Of a DNA stretch of 64,000 bases, positions 41,948 to 54,957 are shown piece by piece. The stretch lies in assembly GCA_044222185.1 (NCBI GenBank), contig JBGANV010000010.1, forward strand, positions 64,001 to 128,000. Reading direction: 5' to 3'. The notes beneath the pieces were generated by a model. It saw only the letters and a program-made list of their open reading frames with translations, searched no databases and was not told the DNA's origin. A program made the position numbers and the translations under genes. Within the stretch, counting starts at the first letter, position 1. Every line of letters starts with the position of its first letter. The stretch comes from Planctomycetota bacterium (lineage in GTDB: Bacteria; Planctomycetota; GCA-002687715; CAIWVZ01).

Positions 41948-44900
41948 ATGGACCCAGTGATCACGTCGAACATGGAGTCGTCGCGCTACGAGCGCGTGAA
42001 TGACATCGGCTCCGTCACCATCCGGCTCGCTTCGCCCACGGACATCCGCAACTGGTCCTACGGCGAAGTGCGCAAGCCCGAGACGATCAACTACCGGACG
42101 TACCGTTCGGAGAAGGATGGTCTCTTCTGCGAGCGCATCTTCGGACCGGAGAAGGACTACGAGTGCTTCTGCGGGAAGTACAAGGGCATCAAGCACAAGG
42201 GCATCGTGTGCGACCGCTGCGGCGTGAAGATCACGCACTCGCGCGAGCGCCGCTCGCGCATGGGCCACATCAATCTCGCAGCGCCCGTCGCGCACATCTG
42301 GTTCTTCAAGGCCATGCCGTCCCGCCTCGGGACGCTGCTGGCGATGAAGACCCACGACATGGAGCGCGTCGTCTACTTCCAGGACTACGTGGTCATCGAC
42401 CCGGGGAACACGGAAGAGACGAAGCTCGCGGAGAAGCAACTCCTCACCGAGGAGCAGTACCGCACCGCGCGGGACAAGTACGGCAGCAAGTTCGAAGCGG
42501 GCATGGGAGCCGAGGCCGTCAAGAAGCTCCTCATGCGCCTCGACCTCGCGAAGCTCTCACAGGAGCTTCGCACGGAGCTGCAGGAGACGCGGAGCAAACA
42601 GCGCGCGAAAGACATCGTCAAACGGTTGAAGACCGTCGAGGCGCTCCGCAACTCCGAGAACCGCGCCGAGTGGATGATCCTGGACGTCGTGCCGGTGATC
42701 CCGCCGGATCTCCGCCCTCTCGTCCTCTTGGAGAGCGGCAACTTCGCGTCGTCCGACCTGAACGACCTCTACCGCCGCCTCATCAACCGCAACAACCGCC
42801 TGAAGAAGTTCCTCGACCTGAACGCTCCGGAAGTCATCATTCGGAACGAGAAGCGCATGCTTCAGCAGTCGGTCGACGCGCTCTTCGACAACGGCCGCTG
42901 CCGCCGCCCGGTGCTCGGATCGAGCAACCGCCCGCTGAAGTCGCTGACGGACATGATCAAGGGCAAGCAGGGCCGCTTCCGCGAGAACCTGCTCGGCAAG
43001 CGCGTCGACTACTCTGCGCGCTCCGTGATCGTCGTCGGACCGGACCTGAAACTCCACCAGTGCGGACTTCCGAAGAAGATCGCACTCGAGCTGTTCCAGC
43101 CGTTCATCATCCGGCGCCTGAAGGAACTCGGGCTCGCGGACACGATTCGCTCCGCGAAGAAGATGCTCGAGCGCAAGGACGAGGAGGTGTGGGACATCCT
43201 CGAAGAGGTGATCCAGAATCACCCGGTCCTCCTCAATCGTGCGCCGACGCTGCACCGAATGGGTATCCAGGCGTTCGAGCCGGTGCTCATCGAAGGCAAC
43301 GCCATCCGCCTTCACCCGCTCGTCTGCACAGGCTTCAACGCCGACTTCGACGGTGACCAGATGGCCGTCCACCTCCCACTGTCGCTCGAGGCGCAAGTGG
43401 AGGCGCGCACCCTGATGTTGTCGACCAACAACATCTTCTCGCCCGCGAACGGCCGTCCGATCATGGCGCCGACGCAGGACGTCGTCCTCGGCTGCTACTA
43501 CCTGACGGTCGACGGGCCGGGCACCGTCGAGGTCCTGAAGTCGCGAGAGGGCAAGGAGTACATGAAGTACTTCGGCTCCGCCCTCGAGGTCTTCCGTGCC
43601 TACGGCGACAAGAAGGTCCGCACTCACCAGCGCGTTCGGCTCCGCCTGCGCGCGCGGCGCAAGGTCATCACCGAGAAGGAGACGGTCGAGCTCGAGAACA
43701 CGACGATCACGACGACCGTCGGCCGCGTGGTGTTCGACGACATCCTTCCCAAGGGGATGCCGTACTACAACCTGCCCCTGAAGAAGAAGCTCCTCGCGCA
43801 GGTCATCATCGACTGCCACAAGCTTCTGGGGAAGCAGGCGACGATTCAGCTCCTCGACGACCTGAAGGCGCTCGGCTTCAAGGCGTCGACTCTCGCGGGG
43901 CTCTCCATCGGCAAGAACGACATGCGCATGCCGGCGCGCAAGGCCAACATCCTCGAGCGTGCCCAGAAGGAAGTCGAGCAGGCCGAAATCCTCCGCGAGC
44001 AGGGCAGCATCTCGGAGAAGGAGCGATACAACAAAGTCATCGACATCTGGTCGCACGCCCGTGAGGAAGTGGGCAAGGAGATGATGGAGGAGCTCAAGAC
44101 GGACGTCCGTCAGGGCGACCCCTACAAGAACCCCATCTACCTCATGGCCGACTCCGGCGCGCGTGGCTCCGTCGAGCAGGTTCGTCAGCTCGCGGGGATG
44201 CGCGGACTCATGGCCAAGCCGTCGGGCGCGATCATCGAGACGCCGATCAAGGCCAACTTCCGCGAGGGTCTGAAGGTGCTCGAGTACTTCTCGTCCACCC
44301 ACGGTGCTCGAAAGGGACTGGCCGACACGGCACTGAAGACGGCCGACTCGGGTTACCTGACGCGCAAGCTGACCGACGTCACGCAGAACGTCGTCGTCAC
44401 GACGGACGATTGCGGGACCGCGCGCGGCGTGCTGAAGGGTGCGGTGCTCAAGGGCGAGCGCATCGAGGTTCCGCTGTCGCAGCAGATCCGCGGGCGCGTC
44501 TCGTTGAACACGATCCGCGACGTCGTCACGGACGAACTCATCGTCGAGGCCAACGGCCTGATCACGGACGAAGCCGCCGAGCGCATCGAAGCCCTGAACT
44601 TCGAGCGCGTCCTCGTCCGCACCCCGATGACGTGCGAAGCGCCCATGGGCGTCTGCGCGCGTTGTTACGGGTCGGATCTCTCGCGTGGCCGTCTCGTCGA
44701 GATCGGCACGGCCGTCGGCGTCGTCGCCGCGCAGTCGATCGGCGAGCCGGGAACCCAGCTCACGATGCGTACCTTCCACATCGGTGGAACGGCCAGCCGC
44801 GCGGTGAAGGACCGCGAGATCATCCTGCGTCGCGGAGGAACCATCCAGTTCCGCGGCCTGCGAGTCGTCGAGAACGACGAAGGCCAGATGGTCGTCCTCA

Positions 44901-46111
44901 ACCGCAACGGCGCGGTCGCGGTCATGGACGACAAGGGCCTCGAGCTCGAGACCCACGACGTGCCGCTCGGCGCGACGATGTTCGTGCGTGACGGCGAGGA
45001 GATCCCCGCGGCCGAGGCCAAGAAGGGCCGCAAGATGTGCGAGTGGGACCCGCACACGAGCCCGATTCTCGCGGACGTCGGCGGTGTCGTCTCCTTCGAG
45101 GACATCGTCGAAAGCGAGACGATGAAGCACGAGCAGGAGGCCGGCTCGAAGAAGCGCCGCATGGTGATCATGGAGCACAAGGGTGACCTCCACCCGCAGG
45201 TCCTCATCCGCGACAAGGATGGGAACGTGCTGCACCAGTACCACCTGCCGGAGCGCGCCCTCATCGACGTGAAGGACGGCCAGAAGATCAAGGCCGGAAC
45301 CCTCATCGCCAAGCGCCCGCGAGAAGTCCAGGGAACGCAGGACATCACCGGTGGTCTCCCGCGTGTCACCGAGATCTTCGAGGCCCGCACGCCGAAGGAC
45401 CCGGCCGTCATCGCCGAGATCGACGGCGCCGTCGAATACGGCGAGCGCAAGCGCGGCAAGCGGATCATCGTCGTGAAAAACCCGGACACGGGCGTCGAGC
45501 GCCCGCACCTGGTTCCGCACGGCAAGTACCTCCGCGTCCACAAGGGCGACCACGTCCGCGCTGGCGAACCGCTGGTCGAAGGGCCGCTGGTTCCGCACGA
45601 CGTGCTGCGGATCTCGGGCGTCGAGGCCCTCCAGGACTACCTCCTGAACGAGGTCCAGGCGGTGTACCGCAGCCAGGGCGTGACCATCGACGACAAGCAC
45701 ATCGAGATCATCATCAGCCAGATGCTGCGGAAGGTCCGCGTCGTCGAGCCGGGTGACTCCGATTACCTGCCGGGTACGGTCGTCGATAGACACACGTTCC
45801 GCAGGGAGAACCAGCGCATCATCGATGCGCAGGGCAAGCCGTCCGTGGCCGAGCCGCTGCTGCTCGGAATCACGAAGGCTGCGCTCCAGTCCGACTCGTT
45901 CATCTCGGCCGCCTCCTTCCAGGAGACGACCAAGGTGCTGACCGAGGCCGCAATTGCCGGAAAGCGCGACCGCCTGATGGGCCTGAAGGAGAACGTCATC
46001 CTCGGGCACCTCATCCCGGCGGGCACGGGGTTCGGCGAGTACCACCGCACGCTCATCCGGCACATCTTCGCCGGGGGAGACGGGCACTCGGCAGGTACGG
46101 TCGCAGGGTAA
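41948..46111 (+). CDS. rpoC: DNA-directed RNA polymerase subunit beta'
   Basis: [37 protein letters not shown]. Confidence 0.99.
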   Translation: MDPVITSNMESSRYERVNDIGSVTIRLASPTDIRNWSYGEVRKPETINYRTYRSEKDGLFCERIFGPEKDYECFCGKYKGIKHKGIVCDRCGVKITHSRERRSRMGHINLAAPVAHIWFFKAMPSRLGTLLAMKTHDMERVVYFQDYVVIDPGNTEETKLAEKQLLTEEQYRTARDKYGSKFEAGMGAEAVKKLLMRLDLAKLSQELRTELQETRSKQRAKDIVKRLKTVEALRNSENRAEWMILDVVPVIPPDLRPLVLLESGNFASSDLNDLYRRLINRNNRLKKFLDLNAPEVIIRNEKRMLQQSVDALFDNGRCRRPVLGSSNRPLKSLTDMIKGKQGRFRENLLGKRVDYSARSVIVVGPDLKLHQCGLPKKIALELFQPFIIRRLKELGLADTIRSAKKMLERKDEEVWDILEEVIQNHPVLLNRAPTLHRMGIQAFEPVLIEGNAIRLHPLVCTGFNADFDGDQMAVHLPLSLEAQVEARTLMLSTNNIFSPANGRPIMAPTQDVVLGCYYLTVDGPGTVEVLKSREGKEYMKYFGSALEVFRAYGDKKVRTHQRVRLRLRARRKVITEKETVELENTTITTTVGRVVFDDILPKGMPYYNLPLKKKLLAQVIIDCHKLLGKQATIQLLDDLKALGFKASTLAGLSIGKNDMRMPARKANILERAQKEVEQAEILREQGSISEKERYNKVIDIWSHAREEVGKEMMEELKTDVRQGDPYKNPIYLMADSGARGSVEQVRQLAGMRGLMAKPSGAIIETPIKANFREGLKVLEYFSSTHGARKGLADTALKTADSGYLTRKLTDVTQNVVVTTDDCGTARGVLKGAVLKGERIEVPLSQQIRGRVSLNTIRDVVTDELIVEANGLITDEAAERIEALNFERVLVRTPMTCEAPMGVCARCYGSDLSRGRLVEIGTAVGVVAAQSIGEPGTQLTMRTFHIGGTASRAVKDREIILRRGGTIQFRGLRVVENDEGQMVVLNRNGAVAVMDDKGLELETHDVPLGATMFVRDGEEIPAAEAKKGRKMCEWDPHTSPILADVGGVVSFEDIVESETMKHEQEAGSKKRRMVIMEHKGDLHPQVLIRDKDGNVLHQYHLPERALIDVKDGQKIKAGTLIAKRPREVQGTQDITGGLPRVTEIFEARTPKDPAVIAEIDGAVEYGERKRGKRIIVVKNPDTGVERPHLVPHGKYLRVHKGDHVRAGEPLVEGPLVPHDVLRISGVEALQDYLLNEVQAVYRSQGVTIDDKHIEIIISQMLRKVRVVEPGDSDYLPGTVVDRHTFRRENQRIIDAQGKPSVAEPLLLGITKAALQSDSFISAASFQETTKVLTEAAIAGKRDRLMGLKENVILGHLIPAGTGFGEYHRTLIRHIFAGGDGHSAGTVAG

Positions 46112-46140
46112 TGGTCAACCCCCGGCGTGGCCGGGGTTTC

Positions 46141-46168
46141 TTGAAGGGGTCAACGCGGGCGGTAGCAT
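46141..46168 (+). promoter_or_regulatory. Putative sigma-70 promoter of the rpsL operon
   Basis: TTGAAG-16 nt-TAGCAT, directly after the hairpin AACCCCCGGC...GCCGGGGTT that follows rpoC. Confidence 0.5.
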
Positions 46169-46240
46169 GCTCGCTCGCGTTCGCCCGCCGGACGGCAAAG
46201 ATCCGTCCCGTGGACACGTTCGCCAGGGAGTGGTCCGTAG

Positions 46241-46612
46241 ATGCCGACGATCAATCAGTTGGTCCGCAAGGGCCGTGAAAAGGTGCGCTGGAAAAGCAAG
46301 TCGCCCGTGCTCGGGTCATGCCCGCAAAAGCGCGGCGTCTGCCTCCAGGTGAAGACCATGACGCCGAAGAAGCCGAACTCGGCTCTTCGCAAGATCGCGC
46401 GTGTGCGCCTCTCGAACGGGAAGGAGACCACGGTCTACATCCCCGGCGAAGGCCACAACCTGCAGGAACACTCCATCGTCCTCGTGCGCGGTGGCCGCGT
46501 CCGTGACCTCCCCGGTGTCCGCTACCACGTGATCCGTGGAACGCTGGACGCTGGTGGCGTCGATGATCGCAAGCGCAGCCGCTCCAAGTACGGGACGAAG
46601 CGTCCGAAGTAG
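46241..46612 (+). CDS. rpsL: 30S ribosomal protein S12
   Basis: [28 protein letters not shown]. Confidence 0.99.
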   Translation: MPTINQLVRKGREKVRWKSKSPVLGSCPQKRGVCLQVKTMTPKKPNSALRKIARVRLSNGKETTVYIPGEGHNLQEHSIVLVRGGRVRDLPGVRYHVIRGTLDAGGVDDRKRSRSKYGTKRPK

Positions 46613-46740
46613 TTCAGCACGCGGGCGCACCCGGCATGGGTGCGCACGGCCACCCGCAACACCTGGTGGCCGAGACGACTGAGGCGCCAGGGGGCGCAGG
46701 CTGCACCCGGCGATGACGCGGCGGTGCGGAGAGTCAGACG

Positions 46741-47214
46741 ATGTCGAAGAAATACGAGTCGACGGAACGGTTCCTGAAGCCGGATCCCAGGTACGGCAGC
46801 AAGCTCATCGCGAAGTTCGTGAACTCGCTGATGAAGCAGGGCAAGAAGTCCACCGCGCGCCGCGTCTGCTACGACGCGCTCGAGGCGGTCGCCAAGAAGG
46901 TTCCGGAGACCAAGCCCGAGGACATCTTCTCGCAAGCCATCAACAACCTGAAGCCCGTCGTCGAAGTCCGTTCCAAACGCGTGGGCGGTGCGACGTATCA
47001 GGTTCCGATGGAAGTGAAGAAGAACCGCCAGCAGTCGCTCGCGTTCCGCTGGCTCCTCGAAGTCAGCCGTTCCAAGAGCGGGCGGTCGATGAGCTCCCGG
47101 CTCGCCGACGAGATCCTCGCCGCCTTCAAGAACGAAGGCGCGGCGATCACGATCCGCGAGAACACGCACAAGATGGCGGAAGCCAACAAGATGAACGCTC
47201 ACCTCGCGTGGTGA
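46741..47214 (+). CDS. rpsG: 30S ribosomal protein S7
   Basis: RVGGATYQVP, HKMAEANK. Confidence 0.98.
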   Translation: MSKKYESTERFLKPDPRYGSKLIAKFVNSLMKQGKKSTARRVCYDALEAVAKKVPETKPEDIFSQAINNLKPVVEVRSKRVGGATYQVPMEVKKNRQQSLAFRWLLEVSRSKSGRSMSSRLADEILAAFKNEGAAITIRENTHKMAEANKMNAHLAW

Positions 47215-47462
47215 GTGCGCTCGCACCCGGCCTCGCGGACGGGTGCGCCTCGAATGCCCGCGGCGCTCTCACGCAGTCTTCATCGCGTAGAGCGTCTTCT
47301 TTTTTTGGGCAGACGAGAGTTTGACGCCATCGGCTGCGTAGCGACGGCCGGCCGGACACGCGAGTCCGGATGTGAAATTCGCAGGTGTGCAATGCGCGCG
47401 CCACGTCGGCGCGCCAGGGTCATGACGGCAGGGAAACCTGCCCGAACCACAGGTAGACGACC

Positions 47463-49520
47463 GTGAAGGCTTACGACATATCCAAGATCAGGAACATCGG
47501 GATCGTCGCGCACATCGACGCCGGCAAAACCACGGTGTCGGAGCGCATCCTCTTCTACACGGGAAAGGAGCATCGCATGGGCGAGGTGCACGAAGGCACC
47601 GCGACCATGGACTTCCTCCCTGAGGAGCAGGAACGCGGCATCACGATCCAGAGCGCGGCAACGACCTGCACCTGGCGTGACGTGACGATCAACCTGATCG
47701 ACACGCCCGGTCACGTCGACTTCACGGCCGAAGTCGAGCGCTCGCTCCGCGTCCTCGACGGCGCGGTCGGCGTGTTCTGCGCCGTCGCCGGCGTCGAAGC
47801 CCAGTCCGAGACCGTCTGGCGCCAGGCGAACAAGTACAACGTCCCGCGCCTCGCGTTCATCAACAAGATGGACCGCATCGGCGCGGACTACTTCAAGGCC
47901 ATCAAGTCGATCAAGGACCGCCTCGGCGCCAACCCGGTTCCGGTGCTGATCCCCATGGGCGCGGAGAAGGCGTTCTCCGGCGTCGTCGACCTCGTCAAGA
48001 TGCAGGCCATCAAGTACGACGAGGATTCGCAGGGCGCGCGCTTCGTGCTCGATGCGATCCCACCCGAGTACGTGGAGATGGCGAACGAGTGGCGCGAGAA
48101 GCTCGAAGAGAAGCTCGCTGAAACCAGCGACTACCTCTGCGAGAAGTTCCTCTCGGGCGACAAGATCACGTTCGAAGACATCGTCCGCGGAATCCGCGAA
48201 GCGACCTGCGCTGGCAAGATCACGCCGGTGTTCTGTGGGTCGGCACTCCGCAACAAGGGCGTCCAGCGCCTGCTGGACGGCGTCCGTTCCTTCCTGCCGT
48301 CCCCGCTCGACAAGCCGAAGATCAAGGCAACGAATCCCAAGACGGATGAGCCCCTCTCGGTCGAGCCTGACGACAAGAAGCCGCCGGTCGCCCTCGTGTT
48401 CAAGACCGTGAGCGACAAGCACGGCGAACTGACGTTCATGCGCGTCTACCAGGGCACGCTCCTGCCCGGGATGCAGCTCATGAACGCGCGCACTGGCAAG
48501 CCCGAGCGCATCGCGCACATCTACCTGATGCACGCGAATGAGCGCGAGTCGATCGAGGCGGCCCGCGCCGGCCAGATCTGCGCCGCCGTCGGCATCAAGC
48601 TCGCGGCGACGGGTGACACGCTGTGCCTTCGCGAGACGCCCTACGCACTCGAGGCCCCGACCTTCCCGCCGACCGTCATCTCGATGGCGATCGAGACGAA
48701 GACCTCCGACGACAAGGAGAAACTGGGCGACGTCCTCCAGAAGCTCATGCGTGAGGACCCGACGTTCCGCTTCTCGGTCGACCAGGAGACCAGCCAGCTC
48801 ATCATCTACGGCATGGGCGAGCTGCACCTGGAGATCATTCGCAACCGGATCGTCCGCGATCACCACATCGAAGCGAACGTCGGGAAGCCGCGCGTCGCCT
48901 ACCGCCAGACGATCCGGAACGAGGCGCAGGTCGACCTCAAGTACGCGAAGCAGTCCGGCGGCCGCGGTCAATTCGCGCAGTGCAAGATCATCGTCGAGCC
49001 GGCCCCCGGCCAGGGCGTCGTGTTCGAGAACGAGATCAAGGGCGGGAACATCCCGCGCGAGTACATCCCGTCGGTCGAATACGGCGTCAAGCAGGCCGCT
49101 GAGGGCGGCTGCGGGCAGGGTTACCCGGTCATCGACGTCAAGGTTCGGCTGATCGACGGCAAGTACCACGAGGTCGACTCGTCGGACATGGCGTTCCAGA
49201 TCTGCGGTTCGATGGCGTTCCAGGACGCGGTGAAGAAGGCCGGCCTGATCATGCTCGAGCCGATCATGAACCTCGAAGTCACCGTGCCGTCGCAGTTCCT
49301 GTCGCCGATCATCGGCGACCTGAATTCGCGCCGCGCGTCGATCAACGAGCTCGAGACGAGCGTCGAGCCGAACCTCGTTCGTGCCGACGTCCCGCTGTCG
49401 GAGTTCTTCGGGTACTCCACGGTGGCACGCTCGCTGTCCCAGGGACGCGCGGCGTACTCCCTGGAGCCGAAGGAGTATCGCGCGGTTCCGCCAGGCATGG
49501 TCGAGAAGATCGAGAAGTGA
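47463..49520 (+). CDS. fusA: Elongation factor G
   Basis: [51 protein letters not shown] start. Confidence 0.97.
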   Translation: MKAYDISKIRNIGIVAHIDAGKTTVSERILFYTGKEHRMGEVHEGTATMDFLPEEQERGITIQSAATTCTWRDVTINLIDTPGHVDFTAEVERSLRVLDGAVGVFCAVAGVEAQSETVWRQANKYNVPRLAFINKMDRIGADYFKAIKSIKDRLGANPVPVLIPMGAEKAFSGVVDLVKMQAIKYDEDSQGARFVLDAIPPEYVEMANEWREKLEEKLAETSDYLCEKFLSGDKITFEDIVRGIREATCAGKITPVFCGSALRNKGVQRLLDGVRSFLPSPLDKPKIKATNPKTDEPLSVEPDDKKPPVALVFKTVSDKHGELTFMRVYQGTLLPGMQLMNARTGKPERIAHIYLMHANERESIEAARAGQICAAVGIKLAATGDTLCLRETPYALEAPTFPPTVISMAIETKTSDDKEKLGDVLQKLMREDPTFRFSVDQETSQLIIYGMGELHLEIIRNRIVRDHHIEANVGKPRVAYRQTIRNEAQVDLKYAKQSGGRGQFAQCKIIVEPAPGQGVVFENEIKGGNIPREYIPSVEYGVKQAAEGGCGQGYPVIDVKVRLIDGKYHEVDSSDMAFQICGSMAFQDAVKKAGLIMLEPIMNLEVTVPSQFLSPIIGDLNSRRASINELETSVEPNLVRADVPLSEFFGYSTVARSLSQGRAAYSLEPKEYRAVPPGMVEKIEK

Positions 49521-50221
49521 CCGCTTCGACCCGCGCGATCGCGCGGGTCGCCCGCCTCGGCTCCTGATGGCCGAGGCCGGCGCGGCGGCTCGCGGCTGAC
49601 CGCGCCCTCAGGGCCCGCCGGCTCGGCCCGGCCCCACATCCGCCCCCGTTGGTTGAAAGCGCCAACCAGTAGCGGCCTGCGGCGATGTTGCCGCGATACG
49701 TCCATCGGCCGGGCCGGTCGGCCCATTTCGGCGTGAAGCGCTACGGCGCGAATCGGCGCCCGGCGGACGTTGCGTATGCGGCGCATCGATCGCCGCACCG
49801 CCACGTGCGGCGCATTCGCCCACGCCGCAGTTCGTCGGCTGCGCACGACTCCACGGAAATTGCCGTGCCGACCGCTTGAAGGCACTGGATTTCTTGCCAC
49901 ACTCCCCGTCCCAACGTGGTCGGCGAGTGATCGCGACCAGCGGGCAACCCCAGTCCATCGAGGCTTCGACGGACCTCCGGGACGTGACTCCAGTGAGTAA
50001 CTGACGGGTCACCGTTGCATCTCCTCGGAGATGCGCGCCGGAGCGGGGGCAATGCCAGAAACGCCGCGTGCCCGAGGGCGCGCGGCGCTCCTGCTTTGTG
50101 CCCAGCCTGGACGTCGTTCGCTCCAAATGGCAGGCACCGCCTCCATCAGGCCACATGGGAACGGGACCTCTGAATGTCGGATCGGTCCGTTCGGACCTAC
50201 CGGCGAAGAGCGAGCGAAGAC

Positions 50222-50530
<309 letters not shown>

Positions 50531-50580
50531 GTGGTCGCGGAACTCCCTGAGATTCGAGATCGACACCGAGGACAGTCACA

Positions 50581-51285
50581 ATGGGACACCTCTTACTGGG
50601 GCGCAAAGGTCGGATGATCCAGGTCTTCAGTGACACTGGACAGGTCATTCCGGCCACGATCGTCGAAGCGGGACCATGCACGGTCACGCAAGTGAAGACG
50701 GTCAAATCGGATCAGTACAACGCGATTCAACTCGCGTTCGACCCCGTCAAGGAGCGGTCGCTCTCGAAGCCCGAGATCGGCCACTGCAAGAAGGCCGGCA
50801 TCGGACCGCATCGCGTTCTCCGCGAGTCACGGCTCGGCATCGAGCCCACGCAGAAGCTCGGAGAGGTGATCACCTGCGCGATCTTCAAGCCGGGCGATCT
50901 CGTGGACGTCGTCGGTACCACCAAGGGACGCGGAACCGCGGGCGTCATGAAGCGCCACGGCTTCCATGGTCGTCCCGCTTCGCACGGTCACATGTGCCAT
51001 CGCCGACCCGGTTCGATCGGCATGCACTCGGATCCAGGCCGCGTCTTCCCGAACAAGCGCATGGCCGGCCAGTACGGCGTCGAGCGCTCGACGGTCAAGA
51101 ACCTCGAAGTGATTTCGGTCGACGAAGGCCAGCACCTCATGCTGATCAAGGGCGCCCTCCCTGGGCCGCGTGGTGGACTCGTTTCCATCCAGACGGCCAA
51201 GACGGGCGTCAAGAAGGTCCGCGGCGTGGCCCCGGTGTTGAAGGACAAGAAGACCGCCAAGACCGCCCAGAAGGCGAAGAAGTGA
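50581..51285 (+). CDS. rplC: 50S ribosomal protein L3
   Basis: GRKGRM, KGRGTAGVMKRH, HRRPGSIG. Confidence 0.97.
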   Translation: MGHLLLGRKGRMIQVFSDTGQVIPATIVEAGPCTVTQVKTVKSDQYNAIQLAFDPVKERSLSKPEIGHCKKAGIGPHRVLRESRLGIEPTQKLGEVITCAIFKPGDLVDVVGTTKGRGTAGVMKRHGFHGRPASHGHMCHRRPGSIGMHSDPGRVFPNKRMAGQYGVERSTVKNLEVISVDEGQHLMLIKGALPGPRGGLVSIQTAKTGVKKVRGVAPVLKDKKTAKTAQKAKK

Positions 51286-51296
51286 GGGACTGATTC

Positions 51297-51917
51297 ATGG
51301 AAGTTCCCATTCTGAAACAAGGTCAGGCCGGTCGCACCGAGGTCGATACGTCGTTCCTCGGCGACAAGGTCAAGACTCGCACGCTTCGCAGCGCGATCAT
51401 CATGTACGAGGCCAATCAGCGCGTCGGCACGCACGACACGCTGACTCGCGCCGAGGTCGCCCGCGCCAAGAAGCCGCTGTTCAAGCAAAAGCACACGGGC
51501 CGCGCCCGCGTTCGGCATCCGCAAGTAACCCAGTGCCGCGGTGGTGGCGTGGCTCACGGCCCGCATCCCCGCGACTACTCGTATCGCATGCCGCGCAAGG
51601 CCCTGAAGGTTGCGCTGCAGTCTGCGCTCCTCTCCAAGTTCCGCGACGGACAGGTCGCCGTCGTCGATGCGATCGCGATGAACGCGCCGAAGACGCAGAG
51701 CGTCGCCAAGCTGCTGCGCAGCCTCAACTGCGAGCAGTCCTGCTTGATCGTCGTCGACAAGATCGAGAAGAACGTCCTTCTCTCGGTCCGAAACATCCCG
51801 CGCGTCAAGGTTACGGAAGTGTCGCAGCTGAATGCCTACGACGTCTGCTTCTTCCGCAACATGTTGATCACCGAGCCGGCCCTCGTGGCGCTGAAGGAGG
51901 CCAACTCCGATGCGTGA
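51297..51917 (+). CDS. rplD: 50S ribosomal protein L4
   Basis: TRAEV, KQKHTGRAR, GGGVAHGP. Confidence 0.97.
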   Translation: MEVPILKQGQAGRTEVDTSFLGDKVKTRTLRSAIIMYEANQRVGTHDTLTRAEVARAKKPLFKQKHTGRARVRHPQVTQCRGGGVAHGPHPRDYSYRMPRKALKVALQSALLSKFRDGQVAVVDAIAMNAPKTQSVAKLLRSLNCEQSCLIVVDKIEKNVLLSVRNIPRVKVTEVSQLNAYDVCFFRNMLITEPALVALKEANSDA

Positions 51918-52191
51918 TGCCTACCGAGTCGTGAAGCGCCCGCTGGTCACCGAGAAGAACATGGGACGCGCCGAAGGTCGTGGCGTGTACACGTTCGAGG
52001 TCGCCGGCGATGCGAACAAGGTCGAGATCCGCGGCGCCATCGAGAAGCTCTTCAACGTTCACGTCGTGAAGGTGAACACGAGCAAGAAGAAGGGCCTCGA
52101 GCGGCGGATCGGCTGGCACAAGACGATGGGTGTCGACGTCAAGAAGGCCATCGTCACCCTCCGTTCGGGCGAGAAGATCGACATCATCTGA
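51910..52191 (+). CDS. rplW: 50S ribosomal protein L23
   Basis: PLVTEK, ANKVEI, KKAIVTL. Confidence 0.97.
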   Translation: MRDAYRVVKRPLVTEKNMGRAEGRGVYTFEVAGDANKVEIRGAIEKLFNVHVVKVNTSKKKGLERRIGWHKTMGVDVKKAIVTLRSGEKIDII

Positions 52192-52226
52192 TCCCGCCTC
52201 ATCGGCGGGGTCGCAGGACCCAGACC

Positions 52227-53063
52227 ATGGCAATTCGCAGATATCGAGCGAGATCACCGGGGCGCCGCGGCGCATCGGTCGTCGACTTCAAGGCGGAGCT
52301 CACGAAACGCGAGCCGGAGAAGTCGCTTCTCGCACCCAAGAAGGGTACGGGTGGTCGCAACGCGCACGGACACGTGACGTCGCGTCACCGCGGTGGTGGG
52401 CACAAGCAGCATTACCGCATCATCGACTTCAAGCGCGACAAGGATGGCGTGCCGGCGAAGGTCGCGGGCATCGAGTACGACCCGAACCGCAGCGCCAACA
52501 TCGCTCTCCTGAACTACGCGGACGGCGAGAAGCGCTACATCCTGGCGCCGGTCGGCCTAACGGACGGCATGACGGTCATCTCGGGACCCGCAGTCGAGCC
52601 CAAGGTCGGGAACTCCATGACGCTCAAGGAGATCCCCGTCGGTGTCGAGGTTCACAACATCGAGCTTCGACCCGGTCGCGGCGGACAGCTCGTCCGCTCG
52701 GCTGGGATGGTGGCCCGCCTCGTCGCCAAGGAAGGCGACTACGCGATCATCCTCCTGCCCTCGACCGAAATGCGCATGGTCCCGCTGACCTGCCGCGCGA
52801 CGCTCGGCATGGTCGGAAACCTGGACCACATCAACATCACGATCGGCAAGGCTGGCCGCCATCGCCACATGGGTATCCGCCCGTGGAGCCGTGGTTCGGC
52901 CCAGAATCCGACCGCGCACCCCATGGGTGGTGGTGAAGGTCGCCGATCAGGCGGTCGTCACCCGGTGTCGCCGTGGGGCAAGTTCGCCAAGGGCGGCAAG
53001 ACCCGCAAGAAGAAGAACGCCACGAGCCGCTTCATCATCCGCGGTCGCAAGAAGGCGAGGTGA
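52227..53063 (+). CDS. rplB: 50S ribosomal protein L2
   Basis: [21 protein letters not shown]. Confidence 0.98.
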   Translation: MAIRRYRARSPGRRGASVVDFKAELTKREPEKSLLAPKKGTGGRNAHGHVTSRHRGGGHKQHYRIIDFKRDKDGVPAKVAGIEYDPNRSANIALLNYADGEKRYILAPVGLTDGMTVISGPAVEPKVGNSMTLKEIPVGVEVHNIELRPGRGGQLVRSAGMVARLVAKEGDYAIILLPSTEMRMVPLTCRATLGMVGNLDHINITIGKAGRHRHMGIRPWSRGSAQNPTAHPMGGGEGRRSGGRHPVSPWGKFAKGGKTRKKKNATSRFIIRGRKKAR

Positions 53064-53066
53064 TCG

Positions 53067-53360
53067 ATGAGCCGTTCCACCAAGAAGGGCCCGTACGTAG
53101 ACGCCAAGCTCCTCGCGCGCACCCTCGCGCAGAAGGAGCGCGGACGCAACGAGCCTCTGAAGACATGGGCACGTTCGTGCACCGTCACCCCGGACTTCGT
53201 GGGCCACACCTACATGGTTCACAACGGCAAGACCCACATGAAGGTCTTCATCACCGAGGAGATGGTCGGTCACAAGCTCGGCGAGTTCGCCCCGACGCGG
53301 ACCTTCCGCGGCCACGGCGGCGAGAAGAAGGAGGCGGCAAGTGCCCCAGCAGCCCGATAA
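53067..53360 (+). CDS. rpsS: 30S ribosomal protein S19
   Basis: [21 protein letters not shown]. Confidence 0.98.
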   Translation: MSRSTKKGPYVDAKLLARTLAQKERGRNEPLKTWARSCTVTPDFVGHTYMVHNGKTHMKVFITEEMVGHKLGEFAPTRTFRGHGGEKKEAASAPAAR

Positions 53361-53787
53361 TTCGAACGCGCCCGAGTATCGCGCTCGGTTGCACTACGCC
53401 CCGATGGCCTCGCGCAAGGCGAAGCAGGTCGTCGACCTCATTCGCGGGAAGTCAGTCAACCAGGCTCTCGAGCAGCTCATGTACATCAATCGGCGCGCTG
53501 CGCCGATGCTGTCGAAGCTCCTGAAGTCCGCAGTCGCAAACGCCAGCCAGGCTGGTGCGGTCGACGTGAACGAGCTGTTCGTCAAGTACGTCGTGGCGAA
53601 CGAAGGCCCGCTCAAGCAGCGCCGCATGCGGTTCCGTCCGGGCCCCCAGGGCCGCGCGATGCCGATCCGCAAGCGAACCACGCACTTCGAGCTCGTTCTC
53701 AGTGTCCGGGAGACGAAGAAGGGTGGCGGACGTCGAGCCCGTCGCCAGAAGGCCGAGCCTGCCGCGACCGGCGGCAAGACGGAGTGA
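53341..53787 (+). CDS. rplV: 50S ribosomal protein L22
   Basis: [29 protein letters not shown]. Confidence 0.96.
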   Translation: MPQQPDNSNAPEYRARLHYAPMASRKAKQVVDLIRGKSVNQALEQLMYINRRAAPMLSKLLKSAVANASQAGAVDVNELFVKYVVANEGPLKQRRMRFRPGPQGRAMPIRKRTTHFELVLSVRETKKGGGRRARRQKAEPAATGGKTE

Positions 53788-53793
53788 TCGTTC

Positions 53794-54501
53794 ATGGGGC
53801 AAAAAGTCCATCCACTCGGTTTCCGTATCGGAATCAACGAGCGCTGGCGTTCCCGCTGGAATTCCTCGAAGAAGGACTTCCCGCGCACCCTCAAGGAAGA
53901 CCAGACGATCCGCCGGTACATCAAGTCGAAGTACTTCTTCGCTGGCATCCCGATGGTCGAGATCGAGCGCACGGGTGAGAACACGACGATCATCGTGCAC
54001 ACCGCGCGCCCGGGGCTGCTCATCGGCAAGAAGGGCAAGAAGCTCGAAGAGATCCAGCAAGAGGTCGAGCAGCTGATCAAGGACAAGACGCGGAAGATCC
54101 GCCTCACGATCTCGGAAGTGAACCGGCCGGAACTGAACGGCCAGCTCGTCGCCGAGTCGGTCCGCGAGCAGCTCGAGAAGCGCCAGGCCTTCCGCCGCGT
54201 GCTGAAGAAGGCCCTCCAGACGACGATGAACGCCGGCGCTGGTGGCGTGAAGGTCATGTTGTCGGGTCGCCTCGGCGGCGCCGAAATGTCCCGCTGCGAG
54301 GACTCGCACCTCGGTCGGTTGCCCCTGACGGATCTCGACGCCGAGATCAACTTCGGGTTCACCGAGGCCGTGACGCCGTACGGACACATCGGCGTGAAGT
54401 GCTGGATCTACCTCGGCAAGTACAGCAAGCAGAAGACCGGTGCCGGCATCGGCATGCGTCGCCCCACGGCCGTCCAGCCGCGCGGCGAGGCGGAAGCGTA
54501 A
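53794..54501 (+). CDS. rpsC: 30S ribosomal protein S3
   Basis: MGQKVHPLGFRIG, SGRLGGAEM. Confidence 0.98.
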   Translation: MGQKVHPLGFRIGINERWRSRWNSSKKDFPRTLKEDQTIRRYIKSKYFFAGIPMVEIERTGENTTIIVHTARPGLLIGKKGKKLEEIQQEVEQLIKDKTRKIRLTISEVNRPELNGQLVAESVREQLEKRQAFRRVLKKALQTTMNAGAGGVKVMLSGRLGGAEMSRCEDSHLGRLPLTDLDAEINFGFTEAVTPYGHIGVKCWIYLGKYSKQKTGAGIGMRRPTAVQPRGEAEA

Positions 54502-54516
54502 TCGGAGAGTCATCCC

Positions 54517-54936
54517 ATGGCGATGATGCCCAAAAGGGTCAAGTACCGGAAAAGCCAGCGCGGCCGCGTGAAGGGCAACGCCACACGTGGCAACGTCGTG
54601 AGCTTCGGCGAGTTCGGGCTCCAGGCGCTCGATGCGGCGTGGATTCCGGCCAAGCAGATCGAAGCCGGGCGCATCGCGGCGAGCCACTTCCTCAGCGGCG
54701 AAGGCCGGATCTTCGTGCGGATCTTCCCGCAGAAGTCCGTCACTGCGAAGCCGCTGGAAGTGCGAATGGGTATGGGCAAGGGTGACATCGAGTACTGGTG
54801 CGCGGTCGTGAAGCCGGGAACGGTCCTTTACGAGATCGGTGGCGTTCCGGTGGAGTCCGCGCGTACGGCCCTGCTGCGCGTCGCCCACAAGCTGCCCATC
54901 CGTTGCCGGTTCGTCCGTCGTCGTCACAAGGTGTGA
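54517..54936 (+). CDS. rplP: 50S ribosomal protein L16
   Basis: PKRVKYRK, RMGMGKG, KLP. Confidence 0.98.
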   Translation: MAMMPKRVKYRKSQRGRVKGNATRGNVVSFGEFGLQALDAAWIPAKQIEAGRIAASHFLSGEGRIFVRIFPQKSVTAKPLEVRMGMGKGDIEYWCAVVKPGTVLYEIGGVPVESARTALLRVAHKLPIRCRFVRRRHKV

Positions 54937-54957
54937 CCGTCCGGGAGTGCTGCGAAC

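Noticed and set aside
49608-50156. 182-aa and other small ORFs in the fusA-rpsJ spacer
   Set aside because: Arg/Ala/Pro-rich, lacking this genome's codon bias, with no RBS and no tuf remnant.
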